NCBI GenBank assembly: GCA_030699825.1
Contig: JAUYKV010000069.1
Coordinates: 8,421-72,420, forward strand
Reading direction: 5' to 3'
Length of the DNA stretch: 64,000 nt
Origin: Pseudomonas sp.
GTDB lineage: Bacteria > Pseudomonadota > Gammaproteobacteria > Pseudomonadales > Pseudomonadaceae
The position numbers and the translations under genes were made by a program. Under the pieces are notes generated by a model. It did no database searches and was not told the DNA's origin. It worked only from the letters and a program-made list of their open reading frames with translations. Positions 7,871-17,932 of this stretch are shown one piece after another; position 1 is the stretch's first letter; the number at the start of each line of letters is the position of its first letter.

Positions 7871-10612
7871 ATGACGCCCATGAGCCAATCCCATCAGATC
7901 ACCGCCTCCACCTGCTGCTATTGCGGCGTGGGCTGTGGCGTGCTGATCGAACACGATGACGAGAAGATCCTCGGCGTCCAGGGCGATCCCGAGCACCCGG
8001 CCAATTTCGGCAAGCTGTGCAGCAAAGGCTCGACCCTGCACCTGACCGGCGACCTCGACGCCCGTGCGCTTTACCCCGAGCTGCGTCTGGGCAAGGGCCT
8101 GGCGCGTTCACGCACGAACTGGGACAGCGCCCTGGAGCATGCCGCCAACGTCTTCGCCGAGACCATCCACGAGCATGGCCCGGACAGCGTCGCCTTCTAC
8201 ATATCAGGCCAACTGCTGACCGAGGACTACTACGCCTTCAACAAGCTGGCCCGCGCCCTGGTCGGTACCAACAATATCGACAGCAACTCGCGCCTGTGCA
8301 TGTCCTCGGCCGTGGTCGGCTACAAGCGCAGCCTCGGTGCCGACGCGCCGCCGTGCAACTACGAGGACATCGAGCAGAGCGACTGCGTGCTGATCGCCGG
8401 CAGCAACATGGCCTTTGCCCACCCGGTGCTGTTCCGCCGCCTGGAAGAAGCCAAGGCCAAGCGCCCGGAGATGCAGATCATCGTCATCGACCCGCGGCGC
8501 ACCGACACCTGCGACCTGGCCGATTTGCATCTGCCGATCATTCCGGGCAGCGACGTCGCGCTGTTCCACGGCATTTTGCATATCCTGATGTGGGAAGGCT
8601 GGATCGACCGCGCCTATATCGACGCCCATACCGAAGGTTTCGATGCGCTGAAAACCCTGGTGCGCGATTACAGCCCGCAGATGGTCAGCGAGCTGTGCGG
8701 CATCAGCCAGGACAGCCTGCAGCAGTGCGCACGGCTGATCGGCAGCGCGCCGAGCTTCCTTTCGCTCTGGTGCATGGGCCTCAACCAGTCGAGTAGCGGC
8801 ACTGCGAAGAACAGCGCGCTGATCAACCTGCACCTGGCCACCGGGCAGATCGGCAAGCCCGGCGCCGGCCCCTTCTCCCTCACCGGCCAACCGAATGCCA
8901 TGGGTGGTCGCGAAACCGGCAGCCTGGCCAACCTGCTGCCCGGCCATCGCGATGCAGCCAATGCCGAACACCGCGCCGAAATCGCCCAGCACTGGGGCAT
9001 CGACGCACTGCCGCAAAGCACCGGCCTGACCGCCATCGAGCTGTTCGAGGCAGTGCGAGTCGGCAAGATCAAGGCCCTGTGGATCGCCTGCACCAACCCG
9101 GCACAATCGCTGCCCGACCAGAACAAGATTCATCAAGCGCTGGCCGCCTGCCCGTTCGTGGTGGTGCAGGAAGCCTTCTTCACCACCGAGACCTGCCACT
9201 ACGCCGACCTGCTGCTGCCCGCCGCCAGCTGGGGCGAGAAGGAAGGCACGGTGACCAACTCCGAGCGCCGCGTCAGCCATGTGCGCCGCGCCGTGCCGCC
9301 CCCTTTCGATGCGCGGCCGGATTGGGCGATCACTACAGATTTTGCCCGTCGTTTGGAAAAACTGCTGCGCCCCGGCATGCCCAGCCTGTTTGACTTCGAC
9401 AACCCGCAAGCACTGTTCGAAGAGTACAAACACCTGACCGCCAAGCGTGACCTCGATCTGTCGGGGCTCAGCTACGCGATCCTGGATAACCATGGTCCCC
9501 AGCAATGGCCGTTCCCGGCCGGCGCTACCCAGGGTACGGCGCGCCTGTATGGCGACGGCCGCTTCCCCACGGCAAACGGCCGCGCGCAGTTCCATGCCGA
9601 CCCCTACCGCGCGCCCAAGGAAAAGCGCGAGACGCGCTACTCGCTGACCCTCAATACCGGGCGCCTGCGCGATCAGTGGCACGGCATGAGCCGCACCGGT
9701 ACCGCCGCACGCCTGTTCGGCCATGTCGAGGATGCGGTGCTCAGCCTGCACCCCGACGAACTGCGCCGCCGTCGCCTGCAAAACGGCGATCTGGTCAAAG
9801 TACGCAGCCGCCGCGGCAGTCTTATCGTGCCGGTGCAAGCCGATGACTCGGTGCGTTCCGGCCAGGCCTATCTGCCAATGCACTGGGGCAACCGCTTTCT
9901 CAAGGGCTTGGGCACCAATGTGCTGACCCAGCCGGCATTCGACCCTCTGTCGAAGCAGCCCGAGCTCAAGCATGCCGGCGTCGAAGTGGAAAAAGTCGAG
10001 CTACCCTGGACCTTCTTCGCCCTGGTCGAAGGCGAGGTGCAAACCCGTTTCCAGGCTCTGCGCCCGCTATTCGAGGGTTTCGCCTACGCCAACCTGACCC
10101 TTACCGGACGCGAGCGCCCTGCTCTGCTGATCCGCGCCGCCTGCGCCGTGGCCCCCGAGCCTGAGCTGCTGGCGCAGATCGATCGCCTGCTCGGCCTGCA
10201 TGAAGGTCCGGTGCTGGCCTATGACGACCCGCGTAAAGCGGTCGGCAAACGGGTACGCATCGAAGCAGGCCGCATTGTCAGCCTGCGCCTGGCCGGAGAA
10301 ACCATCGCCCGCGACTGGCTGAAAAGCCTGTGGAGCGAAGGCCAGGCCGATGCCGACCTGCGCCGCTGGTTACTCGCGCCGCTGTCCACACCGCCAGGTA
10401 CCGCCAGCGGCAAGAAAGCCGGCAAGACCCTGTGCAACTGCCTGAACGTCAGTGAAGACGCGGTCTGCGCCGGTATTGCCCGCGGCCTCGACCTCGCCGA
10501 CCTGAGACAGCAACTCGGCTGCGGCAGTAGTTGCGGCTCCTGCGTACCGGAAATCAAGCGCCTGCTCACCCGGCAGGCAGCGACCAGCAACAGCAGCGTA
10601 AAGCTCGCGTAA
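7871..10612 (+). CDS. nasC: Assimilatory nitrate reductase catalytic subunit (Mo-bisPGD) with C-terminal BFD-like [2Fe-2S] domain
   Basis: TCCYCGVGC...LCSKG, NSRLCMSSA, GQPNAMGGRE, C-terminal CNC...CGSSCGSC; alternative start at 7880. Confidence 0.93.
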   Translation: MTPMSQSHQITASTCCYCGVGCGVLIEHDDEKILGVQGDPEHPANFGKLCSKGSTLHLTGDLDARALYPELRLGKGLARSRTNWDSALEHAANVFAETIHEHGPDSVAFYISGQLLTEDYYAFNKLARALVGTNNIDSNSRLCMSSAVVGYKRSLGADAPPCNYEDIEQSDCVLIAGSNMAFAHPVLFRRLEEAKAKRPEMQIIVIDPRRTDTCDLADLHLPIIPGSDVALFHGILHILMWEGWIDRAYIDAHTEGFDALKTLVRDYSPQMVSELCGISQDSLQQCARLIGSAPSFLSLWCMGLNQSSSGTAKNSALINLHLATGQIGKPGAGPFSLTGQPNAMGGRETGSLANLLPGHRDAANAEHRAEIAQHWGIDALPQSTGLTAIELFEAVRVGKIKALWIACTNPAQSLPDQNKIHQALAACPFVVVQEAFFTTETCHYADLLLPAASWGEKEGTVTNSERRVSHVRRAVPPPFDARPDWAITTDFARRLEKLLRPGMPSLFDFDNPQALFEEYKHLTAKRDLDLSGLSYAILDNHGPQQWPFPAGATQGTARLYGDGRFPTANGRAQFHADPYRAPKEKRETRYSLTLNTGRLRDQWHGMSRTGTAARLFGHVEDAVLSLHPDELRRRRLQNGDLVKVRSRRGSLIVPVQADDSVRSGQAYLPMHWGNRFLKGLGTNVLTQPAFDPLSKQPELKHAGVEVEKVELPWTFFALVEGEVQTRFQALRPLFEGFAYANLTLTGRERPALLIRAACAVAPEPELLAQIDRLLGLHEGPVLAYDDPRKAVGKRVRIEAGRIVSLRLAGETIARDWLKSLWSEGQADADLRRWLLAPLSTPPGTASGKKAGKTLCNCLNVSEDAVCAGIARGLDLADLRQQLGCGSSCGSCVPEIKRLLTRQAATSNSSVKLA

Positions 10613-10628
10613 CCGGCGGAGATCGAAT

Positions 10629-11366
10629 ATGAACGCAAAAGTCTGGCTGGTAGGCGCAGGTCCGGGTGACCCGGAACTGTTGACGCTCAAGGCAGTGAAA
10701 GCCTTGCGTCAGGCGGAGATCGTGATGATCGACGACCTGGTCAACCCGGCGGTATTGGAGCATTGTCCAACCGCACGCATAGTCCCGGTGGGCAAGCGCG
10801 GCGGTTGCCGCTCGACACCGCAGGCCTTTATCCATCGCCTGATGCTGCGCTATGCACGCCAGGGCAAGTGCGTGGTGCGCCTGAAGGGCGGCGATCCGTG
10901 CATTTTCGGCCGCGGCAGCGAAGAGCTCGACTGGTTGCAGCAGCACGGCATCGAAGTGGAGATGGTCAATGGCATCACCGCGGGCCTGGCCGGCGCCACC
11001 AACTGTGGCATTCCCCTGACCCTGCGCGGTGTTGCCCGCGGCGTGACCCTGGTCACCGCCCACACCCAGGACGACAGCACGCTGAACTGGCAAGCCCTGG
11101 CCCAGGGTGGCACCACCCTGGTGATCTATATGGGCGTAGCCAAGCTGGCGGACATCCGCGACAGCCTGCTGGCCGGCGGTATGTGCGCCGATATGCCGGT
11201 GGCGCTGATCGAGAACGCCTCCCTGCCGCACCAGCGCGAATGCCGCAGTTCACTGGCGACGATGCACCAGGATGCCCAGGTTTTTCAGCTGAAAAGCCCG
11301 GCCATCCTGGTGATCGGCGAAGTCGCCGGCGGACATCAAGCACAAGCCATGGCCGCGACGGCGTAA
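10629..11366 (+). CDS. cobA: Uroporphyrinogen-III C-methyltransferase (siroheme synthesis)
   Basis: VWLVGAGPGDPELLTLKA and RLKGGDPCIFGRG motifs; the stop TAA is supplied by the IS66 end. Confidence 0.95.
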   Translation: MNAKVWLVGAGPGDPELLTLKAVKALRQAEIVMIDDLVNPAVLEHCPTARIVPVGKRGGCRSTPQAFIHRLMLRYARQGKCVVRLKGGDPCIFGRGSEELDWLQQHGIEVEMVNGITAGLAGATNCGIPLTLRGVARGVTLVTAHTQDDSTLNWQALAQGGTTLVIYMGVAKLADIRDSLLAGGMCADMPVALIENASLPHQRECRSSLATMHQDAQVFQLKSPAILVIGEVAGGHQAQAMAATA

Positions 11367-11407
11367 GCGCTCCATAAACCCCGTCTTTTTATGATGGGGC
11401 TTGGCTG

Positions 11408-12964
11408 TCAGGATGCGATTGCAGGTGCGCAGTTCCAGGGCAGCAGCGCTTCGTAGCCTTCGAGGCCGTTAACCTGCGGTAGGCGTTCGAGGATGTGGCG
11501 CAGGTAAGCATAGGGCTCTTGCCCGTTGGCTTTGGCAGTTTCTATCAAGCTGTAAATTTGCGCACTGGCGGTGACGCCCTTGGGCGTGTCGCTGAACATC
11601 CAGTTCTTGCGCCCGATGACGAACGGCCGGATGGCGTTTTCTGCACGGTTGTTGTCGATCGGCAGGTGTCCGGCTTCGATGTAGCGCACCAGCCGGCTCC
11701 AGTTCTTTGCCAGGTAGTTCACCGCGTTGCCTAAGGCGGTCTTGCGAGCGATATGCGGCTGGGTCTTGTCCAGCCAGGCATTGAGCTGATTCAGGAGGGG
11801 CAGGCTTTGCTGCTGACGCCCCTGGTGGCGCTGCCCGTCGCTGGCTGGCTTGAGGTCGCGCTCGATGCCGTACAGCTTGTTGATCAGGCTCAGGGCCATG
11901 TCCGCACGCCCGGTCTTACCTTTAGGCTGCACCTTCTGTGCTTCGACGAACTTGCGGCGGGCATGTGCCCAGCAGCCCAGACGCTCAACCCCGGCTTGTG
12001 CGGCCACGGCGTTGTAGCTGGGGCAGTCATCGGTCATCAAATAACCGCGATACGTTTCAAGCAGGCGCAACGGTACGCCCTGCGCGCGGCTGGTTTCATA
12101 GTCGAAGAGGATCACCGGCCTGTCTGGCGGGCCGCCGGTTTGTACCCACATCCAGGATTGGCTGCTCGGCTCGCGCCCCGGTTCTTTGAGCACCTGCACA
12201 CGGGTTTCGTCGCAGTGCAACACCGGGTAGTCCAGCAGCTTGTCACGCATCAGGTTGAGCAAGGGCTGTAACTGCGCACCGCACTGGATCACCCAGCGCG
12301 CCAGGGTCTGGCGGGGGATGTCGATGCCGTGACGATTGAGGATTTTCTCGAAGCGATACAGCGGCGTACCGTCGACATACTTGGTGCTCAGCAGCATGGC
12401 CAGCACGCTGGGACTGGCCAGGCTTTTCTCGATCAGTTGCGCCGGTTTGTCGGCGGTGACCGGGGCGGTTTCGCAACCTTTGCAGGCGTAGGTCTTGCGG
12501 ATGTGTTTGATCACCCGGATCTGCATCGGGATGATTTCCAGCTGCTCGCTGGTTTCCTCACCGATCACCTGCTTGCGGCAACCGCATTCGCAGGTCAGTT
12601 CGTGCTCGGGCAGCTCATGGATGACTTCGACGCGGGGCAGCTCGGCCGGCAACGGCTTGCGCTTGCCACGACGCTTGGTCGGCGCGACAACTTCTTCCTC
12701 GACTTCATCGACAGGGGCTTCAGCCACGACTTCAACCAGGCTTTCGGCCTCGTTGAAGATCTCCAACTGCGGCGAGTCGGGATCGGCGGTCTGCTCGGAT
12801 TTACGGCCGAAAAGACGCTGGGTCAGCAGAGCGATTTGTTCACGCAGATATTCAATTTGCCCGTCCTTGTCCTTGGCTAATTTCTGCGCCGACGACAGCA
12901 CCTCTGCGAGCAATTGCTTGAGCACTTCGGGATCGTCAGGAAGGGTTTCGGGCATGGAAATCAT
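11408..12964 (-). CDS. tnpC: IS66 DDE transposase
   Basis: Leucine zipper...FGRKSE, zinc-finger CECG...[37 protein letters not shown]. Confidence 0.96.
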   Translation of the reverse strand: MISMPETLPDDPEVLKQLLAEVLSSAQKLAKDKDGQIEYLREQIALLTQRLFGRKSEQTADPDSPQLEIFNEAESLVEVVAEAPVDEVEEEVVAPTKRRGKRKPLPAELPRVEVIHELPEHELTCECGCRKQVIGEETSEQLEIIPMQIRVIKHIRKTYACKGCETAPVTADKPAQLIEKSLASPSVLAMLLSTKYVDGTPLYRFEKILNRHGIDIPRQTLARWVIQCGAQLQPLLNLMRDKLLDYPVLHCDETRVQVLKEPGREPSSQSWMWVQTGGPPDRPVILFDYETSRAQGVPLRLLETYRGYLMTDDCPSYNAVAAQAGVERLGCWAHARRKFVEAQKVQPKGKTGRADMALSLINKLYGIERDLKPASDGQRHQGRQQQSLPLLNQLNAWLDKTQPHIARKTALGNAVNYLAKNWSRLVRYIEAGHLPIDNNRAENAIRPFVIGRKNWMFSDTPKGVTASAQIYSLIETAKANGQEPYAYLRHILERLPQVNGLEGYEALLPWNCAPAIAS

Positions 12965-12982
12965 GCCGTGGATTATACCGGC

Positions 12983-13342
12983 TCAGGTTACGAAACGGGG
13001 CGTCAGCACCTTGTGCGGTTGGTTGCCCCAGAGGTCGATTCCCTCCAGTAGTTGGTTCAGTTCCCGCACAGTTAGCTCGATGGCTTCATCACCCGCATCC
13101 GGCTTGGTCTTGAAACGCTCGGCCTCCAAACGCTTGAGCCACAGACAGAAGCCATTGCGATGCCAGTACAGAATTTTCACTTGGTTGCGCATGCGATTGA
13201 GGAAGACGAACAACACCGGGTCGAACACCGCGACCTTGATATCCAGCTCGACCAGGGCCGCCAGGCCATTGATGGATTTACGGAAATCGACCGGCTTGGG
13301 GTAGAGGTAAACGGCTTTGACCTTGGGGTCGGGACGCATCAT
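12983..13342 (-). CDS. tnpB: IS66 accessory protein
   Basis: PVDFRKSINGL...LFVFLNR...KILYW..NGFCLWLKRLE. Confidence 0.95.
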   Translation of the reverse strand: MMRPDPKVKAVYLYPKPVDFRKSINGLAALVELDIKVAVFDPVLFVFLNRMRNQVKILYWHRNGFCLWLKRLEAERFKTKPDAGDEAIELTVRELNQLLEGIDLWGNQPHKVLTPRFVT

Positions 13343-13456
13343 GGGCTGGCTCCAGAAGAAATCGGAGCACAGCATCGACGGGCTATCGGTTCATTTGAAG
13401 GTGTGGTTTATGGAGCGCTTACGCGACGGCCTGACCTCTGCGGAGTAGTTGTTTCT

Positions 13457-13480
13457 GCCCGGCCTGCGCCGGGCTTTTTT
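13457..13480 (+). terminator. Intrinsic terminator of the nir/nas/cobA operon, now separated from cobA by IS66
   Basis: GCCCGGC-CTGC-GCCGGGC-TTTTTT. Confidence 0.7.
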
Positions 13481-13489
13481 CTGGACAAA

Positions 13490-13517
13490 GAAAAACCCGG
13501 CCGAAGCCGGGTTTTTC
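13490..13517. terminator. Bidirectional terminator downstream of oprF
   Basis: GAAAAACCCGGC-CGAA-GCCGGGTTTTTC. Confidence 0.85.
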
Positions 13518-13535
13518 CTAGCAGCTTAAGACCTG

Positions 13536-14501
13536 TTACTGGACTTCAGCTTCTACTTGAGCTTCAACACGGCGGTTGATGGCACGGCCCGACTCGGTTG
13601 CGTTGTCGGCAACCGGCTGAGCTTCGCCATAACCAGCGGCGTTTACACGCTCACCTTCAACACCGTACTGGTTGACCAGAACTTCACGCACAGCGCTTGC
13701 ACGCTTTTCGGACAGCTGCTGGTTGTAGGTATCGGTACCGACGGAGTCAGTGTGACCTTCAACGGTGGTGCTGGTCTGCGGGTACTGCTTCATGAAATCA
13801 GCCAGGTTCTTGATATCGCCATAGCTTTCTTCTTTGACTTGAGCCTTGTCGAAGTCGAACTTCACGTCCAGCTCAACGCGCACGACCTGGGCTGGCTCTT
13901 CAGCAACCGGAGCCGGCTCGGGCATTGGCTCAGGAGCGGCTTCTGCAACCTGGACAGGCTCAGTGCCGCCGCCGAAGTTCATGCCAAGACCGATGCTTGG
14001 AGCCCATTCGGTGTCGCCCTGATCGATGTTGTACTGAGCTTCAACGCCAGCACGAGCATAGAGATTCTCGGTGATGAAGTACTTGGCACCGCCACCAATG
14101 TTGGCAAAGGTGGAGCCGTTACGACCGCTGCGACCGGTTTGACCGATGCTCTGATCCGAGAAACCGGCAGAGACGTAAGGACGCAGCGCGTCACCGGCAT
14201 TGTTGAAGTGATACAAAGCATCGAGGGCGGTATTCGAGCCTTTGATGTTACGGCCGTCTTCGCCACGAGCGTTGTGTACTTCGTCATAGGCCAGTCGCAA
14301 TTCAACGTCGTCGGTCAGGTAGTAACCGATGCTGCCGCCGAACAGATTGCCGTTGTTTTTAAAGTCACGAGCGCTGTCGAAGATTTCCTTCTTGGCAAAA
14401 CCTTCTACTTCAACAGCGCCTTGGCCTTGAGCCAGAACGCTTAAAGAAGCAGACGCCAGCACAGAACCAATGACAACGCCCAAAGTGTTTTTAAATTTCA
14501 T
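13536..14501 (-). CDS. oprF: Major outer membrane porin OprF (OmpA family)
   Basis: MKFKNTLGVVIG...AQGQGAVEVE; C-terminal OmpA domain VELDVKFDFDK...EGHTDSVG...GRAINRRVEA; located after sigX. Confidence 0.97.
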   Translation of the reverse strand: MKFKNTLGVVIGSVLASASLSVLAQGQGAVEVEGFAKKEIFDSARDFKNNGNLFGGSIGYYLTDDVELRLAYDEVHNARGEDGRNIKGSNTALDALYHFNNAGDALRPYVSAGFSDQSIGQTGRSGRNGSTFANIGGGAKYFITENLYARAGVEAQYNIDQGDTEWAPSIGLGMNFGGGTEPVQVAEAAPEPMPEPAPVAEEPAQVVRVELDVKFDFDKAQVKEESYGDIKNLADFMKQYPQTSTTVEGHTDSVGTDTYNQQLSEKRASAVREVLVNQYGVEGERVNAAGYGEAQPVADNATESGRAINRRVEAQVEAEVQ

Positions 14502-14604
14502 CCGTAAATCCCCATCTTGGTGGCCAGTAAGTTGTCTGACAAACAAGACAACCAAAGAGCAATTCTAACAGAACCGCTCGGAGTGTTAGAGGCAATCTAT
14601 GTGT

Positions 14605-15195
14605 TTAAGTTTCAATAGTGCCCGAAAATTTTTCTCGCAAGCGGTCGAGCGCGCGCTTGTAGCGCATTTTCGTGGCGCTCAGGCCCATGTGCATGATGTC
14701 GGCAATCTCTTGAAATTCCAGCTCTGCGACAAAACGCAGCACCAGAATTTCCCGGTCGATTGGATTGACATGCACCAGCCAACGGTCCAGACCACCGGGG
14801 TCTTCAATTTTAGGCATCTTTTCTTCAGATGCCTCTTCCAATGGATCCAGACTTAATGCATCCATCAGGCGACGCTTGCGTCGTTCTTTGCGGTATTGGG
14901 TGATGCATTCGTTATAGGTGATGCTGTACAACCAGGTTTTAAACTTGGATTTACCTTCGAAGTTCTTCAAACCATAAAGAACTTTTAGCATGACCTCTTG
15001 ACAAACATCGTCGGCGTCGCGTTCGCTGCCCAAGTAACGAGCGCAGACGTTAAACAAGGTGCGCTGGTAACGACGCATCAGTTCTTCGTAAGCGCGTGTG
15101 ACATGAAAGAGCTCGTCATGTGCGCGTGCCACGAGCTCCTCATCCGAGAGTTCGCGGGGGGAATAGCGCAAGGACATCGGTTGGGCTTTATTCAA
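14605..15195 (-). CDS. sigX: ECF sigma factor SigX
   Basis: MNKAQPMSLRYSPRELSDEELV...DADDVCQEVMLKV; synteny cmpX-sigX-oprF. Confidence 0.96.
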   Translation of the reverse strand: MNKAQPMSLRYSPRELSDEELVARAHDELFHVTRAYEELMRRYQRTLFNVCARYLGSERDADDVCQEVMLKVLYGLKNFEGKSKFKTWLYSITYNECITQYRKERRKRRLMDALSLDPLEEASEEKMPKIEDPGGLDRWLVHVNPIDREILVLRFVAELEFQEIADIMHMGLSATKMRYKRALDRLREKFSGTIET

Positions 15196-15285
15196 AACGA
15201 GTCGGGCCGACAGTCGGGACAGAGGCTGCCAAGGCCTGATGCATCAGGCCTTGGCTTGGCGGCATAGATTAGCAGGATTGACGCG

Positions 15286-16110
15286 TTAGCGACTGCTTAC
15301 CCGCTGCTCGAGCAGGGTGCGATTAGCCACCGAGACCAACTCGCCAGCATCGGTCAGCAGAACCGTCTTGACCGTGCCTATTTCTTCGATCTGCCCTTCG
15401 ACCTCACCGATCTGAACCTGCTGCCCAACCTGGTACAGCTCGCGCACATATATCCCGGCCAGAATCTGCCCGGCGATTTCCCGACTGCCCAAACCCAGCG
15501 CCAGTGCTGCAGCCAGGCCCACCGAGATCAGCACGATGGCGATGACGTTGTTCAGCAGGTCGGTCTTGATCTCCAGCTGGCCGATGGCCACCGAGATACT
15601 GATGATGATCACCAGACCCTGGGCGATGCGTCCCAGACCATGGGCGTAATCGAGACCAACGCCTTCGGCTGCACCGCGCACCAGCCCGCTGACCAACTGC
15701 GCCAGCAACACGCCGGCCAGCAGGACCAGAGCGGCACCGAAGACCTTGGGCAGATACAGCGCGAGCACGTCGAGGGTGGCGGAAACCCGTTCCAGGCCAA
15801 GCGACTCAGCCGCCGACACCAGAAAAATCAGCAAAACGAACCAATAGACGATCTTGCCGATCAAGGTCGATACCGGCACCTGGATACCGCCACGGCCGAG
15901 CAGCTTGGTCAGCCCGGTACCCGCCATCAGGCGATCCAGGCCGATTTTGCCAAGCAACTTGGACAGCAAGGTGTCGAGCAGCTTGGCCACGACGAAACCG
16001 AGCAGCACCAGGATCAATGCCACGAACAGGTTCGGAATAAAGCCGGCCACCTTGGTCCAGAGCGCTGTCATCGCGGCTACCAGGCTTTGAGTCCAGGGAT
16101 CGAGTTCCAT
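15286..16110 (-). CDS. cmpX: CmpX, MscS-like mechanosensitive channel family membrane protein
   Basis: MELDPWTQSLVAAM..., multiple TM segments, C-terminal MscS beta domain; synteny. Confidence 0.92.
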   Translation of the reverse strand: MELDPWTQSLVAAMTALWTKVAGFIPNLFVALILVLLGFVVAKLLDTLLSKLLGKIGLDRLMAGTGLTKLLGRGGIQVPVSTLIGKIVYWFVLLIFLVSAAESLGLERVSATLDVLALYLPKVFGAALVLLAGVLLAQLVSGLVRGAAEGVGLDYAHGLGRIAQGLVIIISISVAIGQLEIKTDLLNNVIAIVLISVGLAAALALGLGSREIAGQILAGIYVRELYQVGQQVQIGEVEGQIEEIGTVKTVLLTDAGELVSVANRTLLEQRVSSR

Positions 16111-16111
16111 T

Positions 16112-16375
16112 TCAGTCAGCCTTATCAGTAGAACGAGAGGAGTGAGCAGAACCCACGCAGGCGTCGCGACGGGAGACCGGCGCAACATGGGCCGAGCCGC
16201 TATTCAGGGCGATCATCAGCGCGCCGAGCCAATGGCCCATGAGCGCGAACAGGTCGCCCGCGCCGACCTGGCGGTTGGCAGTCTTCAATACGCGGTGCAG
16301 ACAAGCGTCGTCGTCGTGATCGGACGCGCCGGACTTGAGCATATCGCGCAGGGATTCTTCAAATGGATCGTGCAT
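16112..16375 (-). CDS. crfX: CrfX protein
   Basis: MHDPFEESLRDML...DDACLHRVLKTANRQVGAGDLF; position between cmaX and cmpX. Confidence 0.85.
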   Translation of the reverse strand: MHDPFEESLRDMLKSGASDHDDDACLHRVLKTANRQVGAGDLFALMGHWLGALMIALNSGSAHVAPVSRRDACVGSAHSSRSTDKAD

Positions 16376-16429
16376 GACGTACCTCACAGGACGTCTCGGC
16401 TAGACGAGACCAACTCGGGGCAAGTCACA

Positions 16430-17440
16430 TCAGGCCCAGCGCAAACGGCGCAGCAACCACCACTGCCCCAAGGCAAGCGCCAGCATGATCAAACAGGCAA
16501 TGAGGAAGCCATAGGGGTTCTCGGCGCCGGGTATGCCACCGACATTGATGCCCAGCAGACCCGTGAGAAAGCTCATTGGCAGAAACACCCCGGTAATGAT
16601 GGCGAAGCGGTACATGATGCGGTTCATTCGCTGATCCATGCGCCGGTTTTCCGCCTCCAGCAGCAGGCTGACCCGCTCGCGACTGAGCTCCAGCTCTTCC
16701 AGGTAGCGGGTCAGACGATTGTGCAGTTCGTTCCAATAGCCAGGGTCATCGGCCAGGAACCACGGCTGCTGCTTGCGCGTCAGCTGCGCGTAGATTTCAC
16801 TCTGTGGCGCGAGAAAGCGGCGCAGACCGGCAGCGCGTCGCCGCACTTGCAGCAGCTGTGCGTGATCCGGCACGGCGTGCTCATCGGCATCGACCCGCTC
16901 TTCCTGCTCGTCGACCCGTTCGGACAACTCGGCGACCAGGGCATCGACCTTGTCGGTCAGATAGTCCGCGAGGATCAGGATCAGCTCCGAAGAAGTTTTC
17001 GGCCCACGGCCAGCGGCAAGATCGGCGATCAGGTTCTCGGTCGCGCGCAATGGGCGCAGACGCAAGGAAATAATCCGCCGCGCAGCGGCGAAGATGCGCA
17101 CGGACACCATGTCCTCCGGTTCCGCGCCGGGGTTTAGATTGATCCCGCGGAGAAACAGCAATAGCGCCTCATCCGGCAAGGTCAGCAGACGCGGCCGGGT
17201 ATTTTCCTCCAGCAGCAAATCGCAGGCGAATTCACTCAAGCCGCTTTCGCGACGCAGCCAATGCTGGGTCTGCGGGTGACTGCGATCCCAGTGCAACCAC
17301 AGGCTTTCCTGCTCGGCCAGCTCGAGGCCGGCCAACTGCCCTTGAGCGATCGCACGCGCACCGCCTGCGCCATCCAGGACAAACGCATGCACCAGGCCCC
17401 ATTGCGTATTGTCTTGCTCGAGCGTGCCTACTCCCTGCAT
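16430..17440 (-). CDS. cmaX: CmaX, CorA/ZntB-family divalent cation transporter
   Basis: WLHWDRSHPQ, EENTRPRL, C-terminal FLPMSFLTGLLGINVGGIPG (GIN motif); start uncertain (see findings). Confidence 0.92.
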   Translation of the reverse strand: MQGVGTLEQDNTQWGLVHAFVLDGAGGARAIAQGQLAGLELAEQESLWLHWDRSHPQTQHWLRRESGLSEFACDLLLEENTRPRLLTLPDEALLLFLRGINLNPGAEPEDMVSVRIFAAARRIISLRLRPLRATENLIADLAAGRGPKTSSELILILADYLTDKVDALVAELSERVDEQEERVDADEHAVPDHAQLLQVRRRAAGLRRFLAPQSEIYAQLTRKQQPWFLADDPGYWNELHNRLTRYLEELELSRERVSLLLEAENRRMDQRMNRIMYRFAIITGVFLPMSFLTGLLGINVGGIPGAENPYGFLIACLIMLALALGQWWLLRRLRWA

Positions 17441-17443
17441 TAC

Positions 17444-17932
17444 TTATTCCGGCATTTTCAGGGCAGTGGGCGCAATGATGATGCCGTTGTTATCGGCATA
17501 CAGGAATTCGCCCGGGCGGAAGGTCACGCCGCCAAAGGTCACGGCCACATTGAGGTCGCCGATGCCGCGCTTGTCGGTCTTCATCGGGTGGCTGGCCAGC
17601 GCCTGGATGCCGAGGTCGGTCTGCGCCAGGACATCCACATCGCGCACGCAACCATAGACCACCAGGCCTTCCCAGCCATTTTTCGCGGCTTTTTCCGCAA
17701 GCATGTCGCCGAGCAGGGCACGGCGCATGGAGGCTCCACCGTCGACCACCATTACCTTGCCCTTGCCCGGCTGCTCGACCTGCTCCTTGACCAGTGAGTT
17801 GTCTTCAAAGCACTTGATGGTGACGATCTCACCGCCGAAGGAATCGCGACCGCCGAAATTGCTGAACATCGGCTCGACGACCTGCACCAGTTCCGGGTAG
17901 GCGTCGCACAAATCTGGGGTGATGTAATGCAT
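17444..17932 (-). CDS. rraA: RNase E activity regulator RraA / HMG aldolase family
   Basis: TPDLCDAYP...[11 protein letters not shown]...VVDGG...GCVRD. Confidence 0.95.
   Translation of the reverse strand: MHYITPDLCDAYPELVQVVEPMFSNFGGRDSFGGEIVTIKCFEDNSLVKEQVEQPGKGKVMVVDGGASMRRALLGDMLAEKAAKNGWEGLVVYGCVRDVDVLAQTDLGIQALASHPMKTDKRGIGDLNVAVTFGGVTFRPGEFLYADNNGIIIAPTALKMPE

Larger units (their letters stand above)
11363..13422 (-). mobile_element. IS66-family insertion sequence, 2060 bp, two ORFs (tnpB, tnpC)
   Basis: Perfect 18-bp terminal inverted repeats GTAAGCGCTCCATAAACC (11363-11380; reverse complement at 13405-13422) and 8-bp target duplication GCGACGGC (11355-11362, 13423-13430). Confidence 0.97.
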
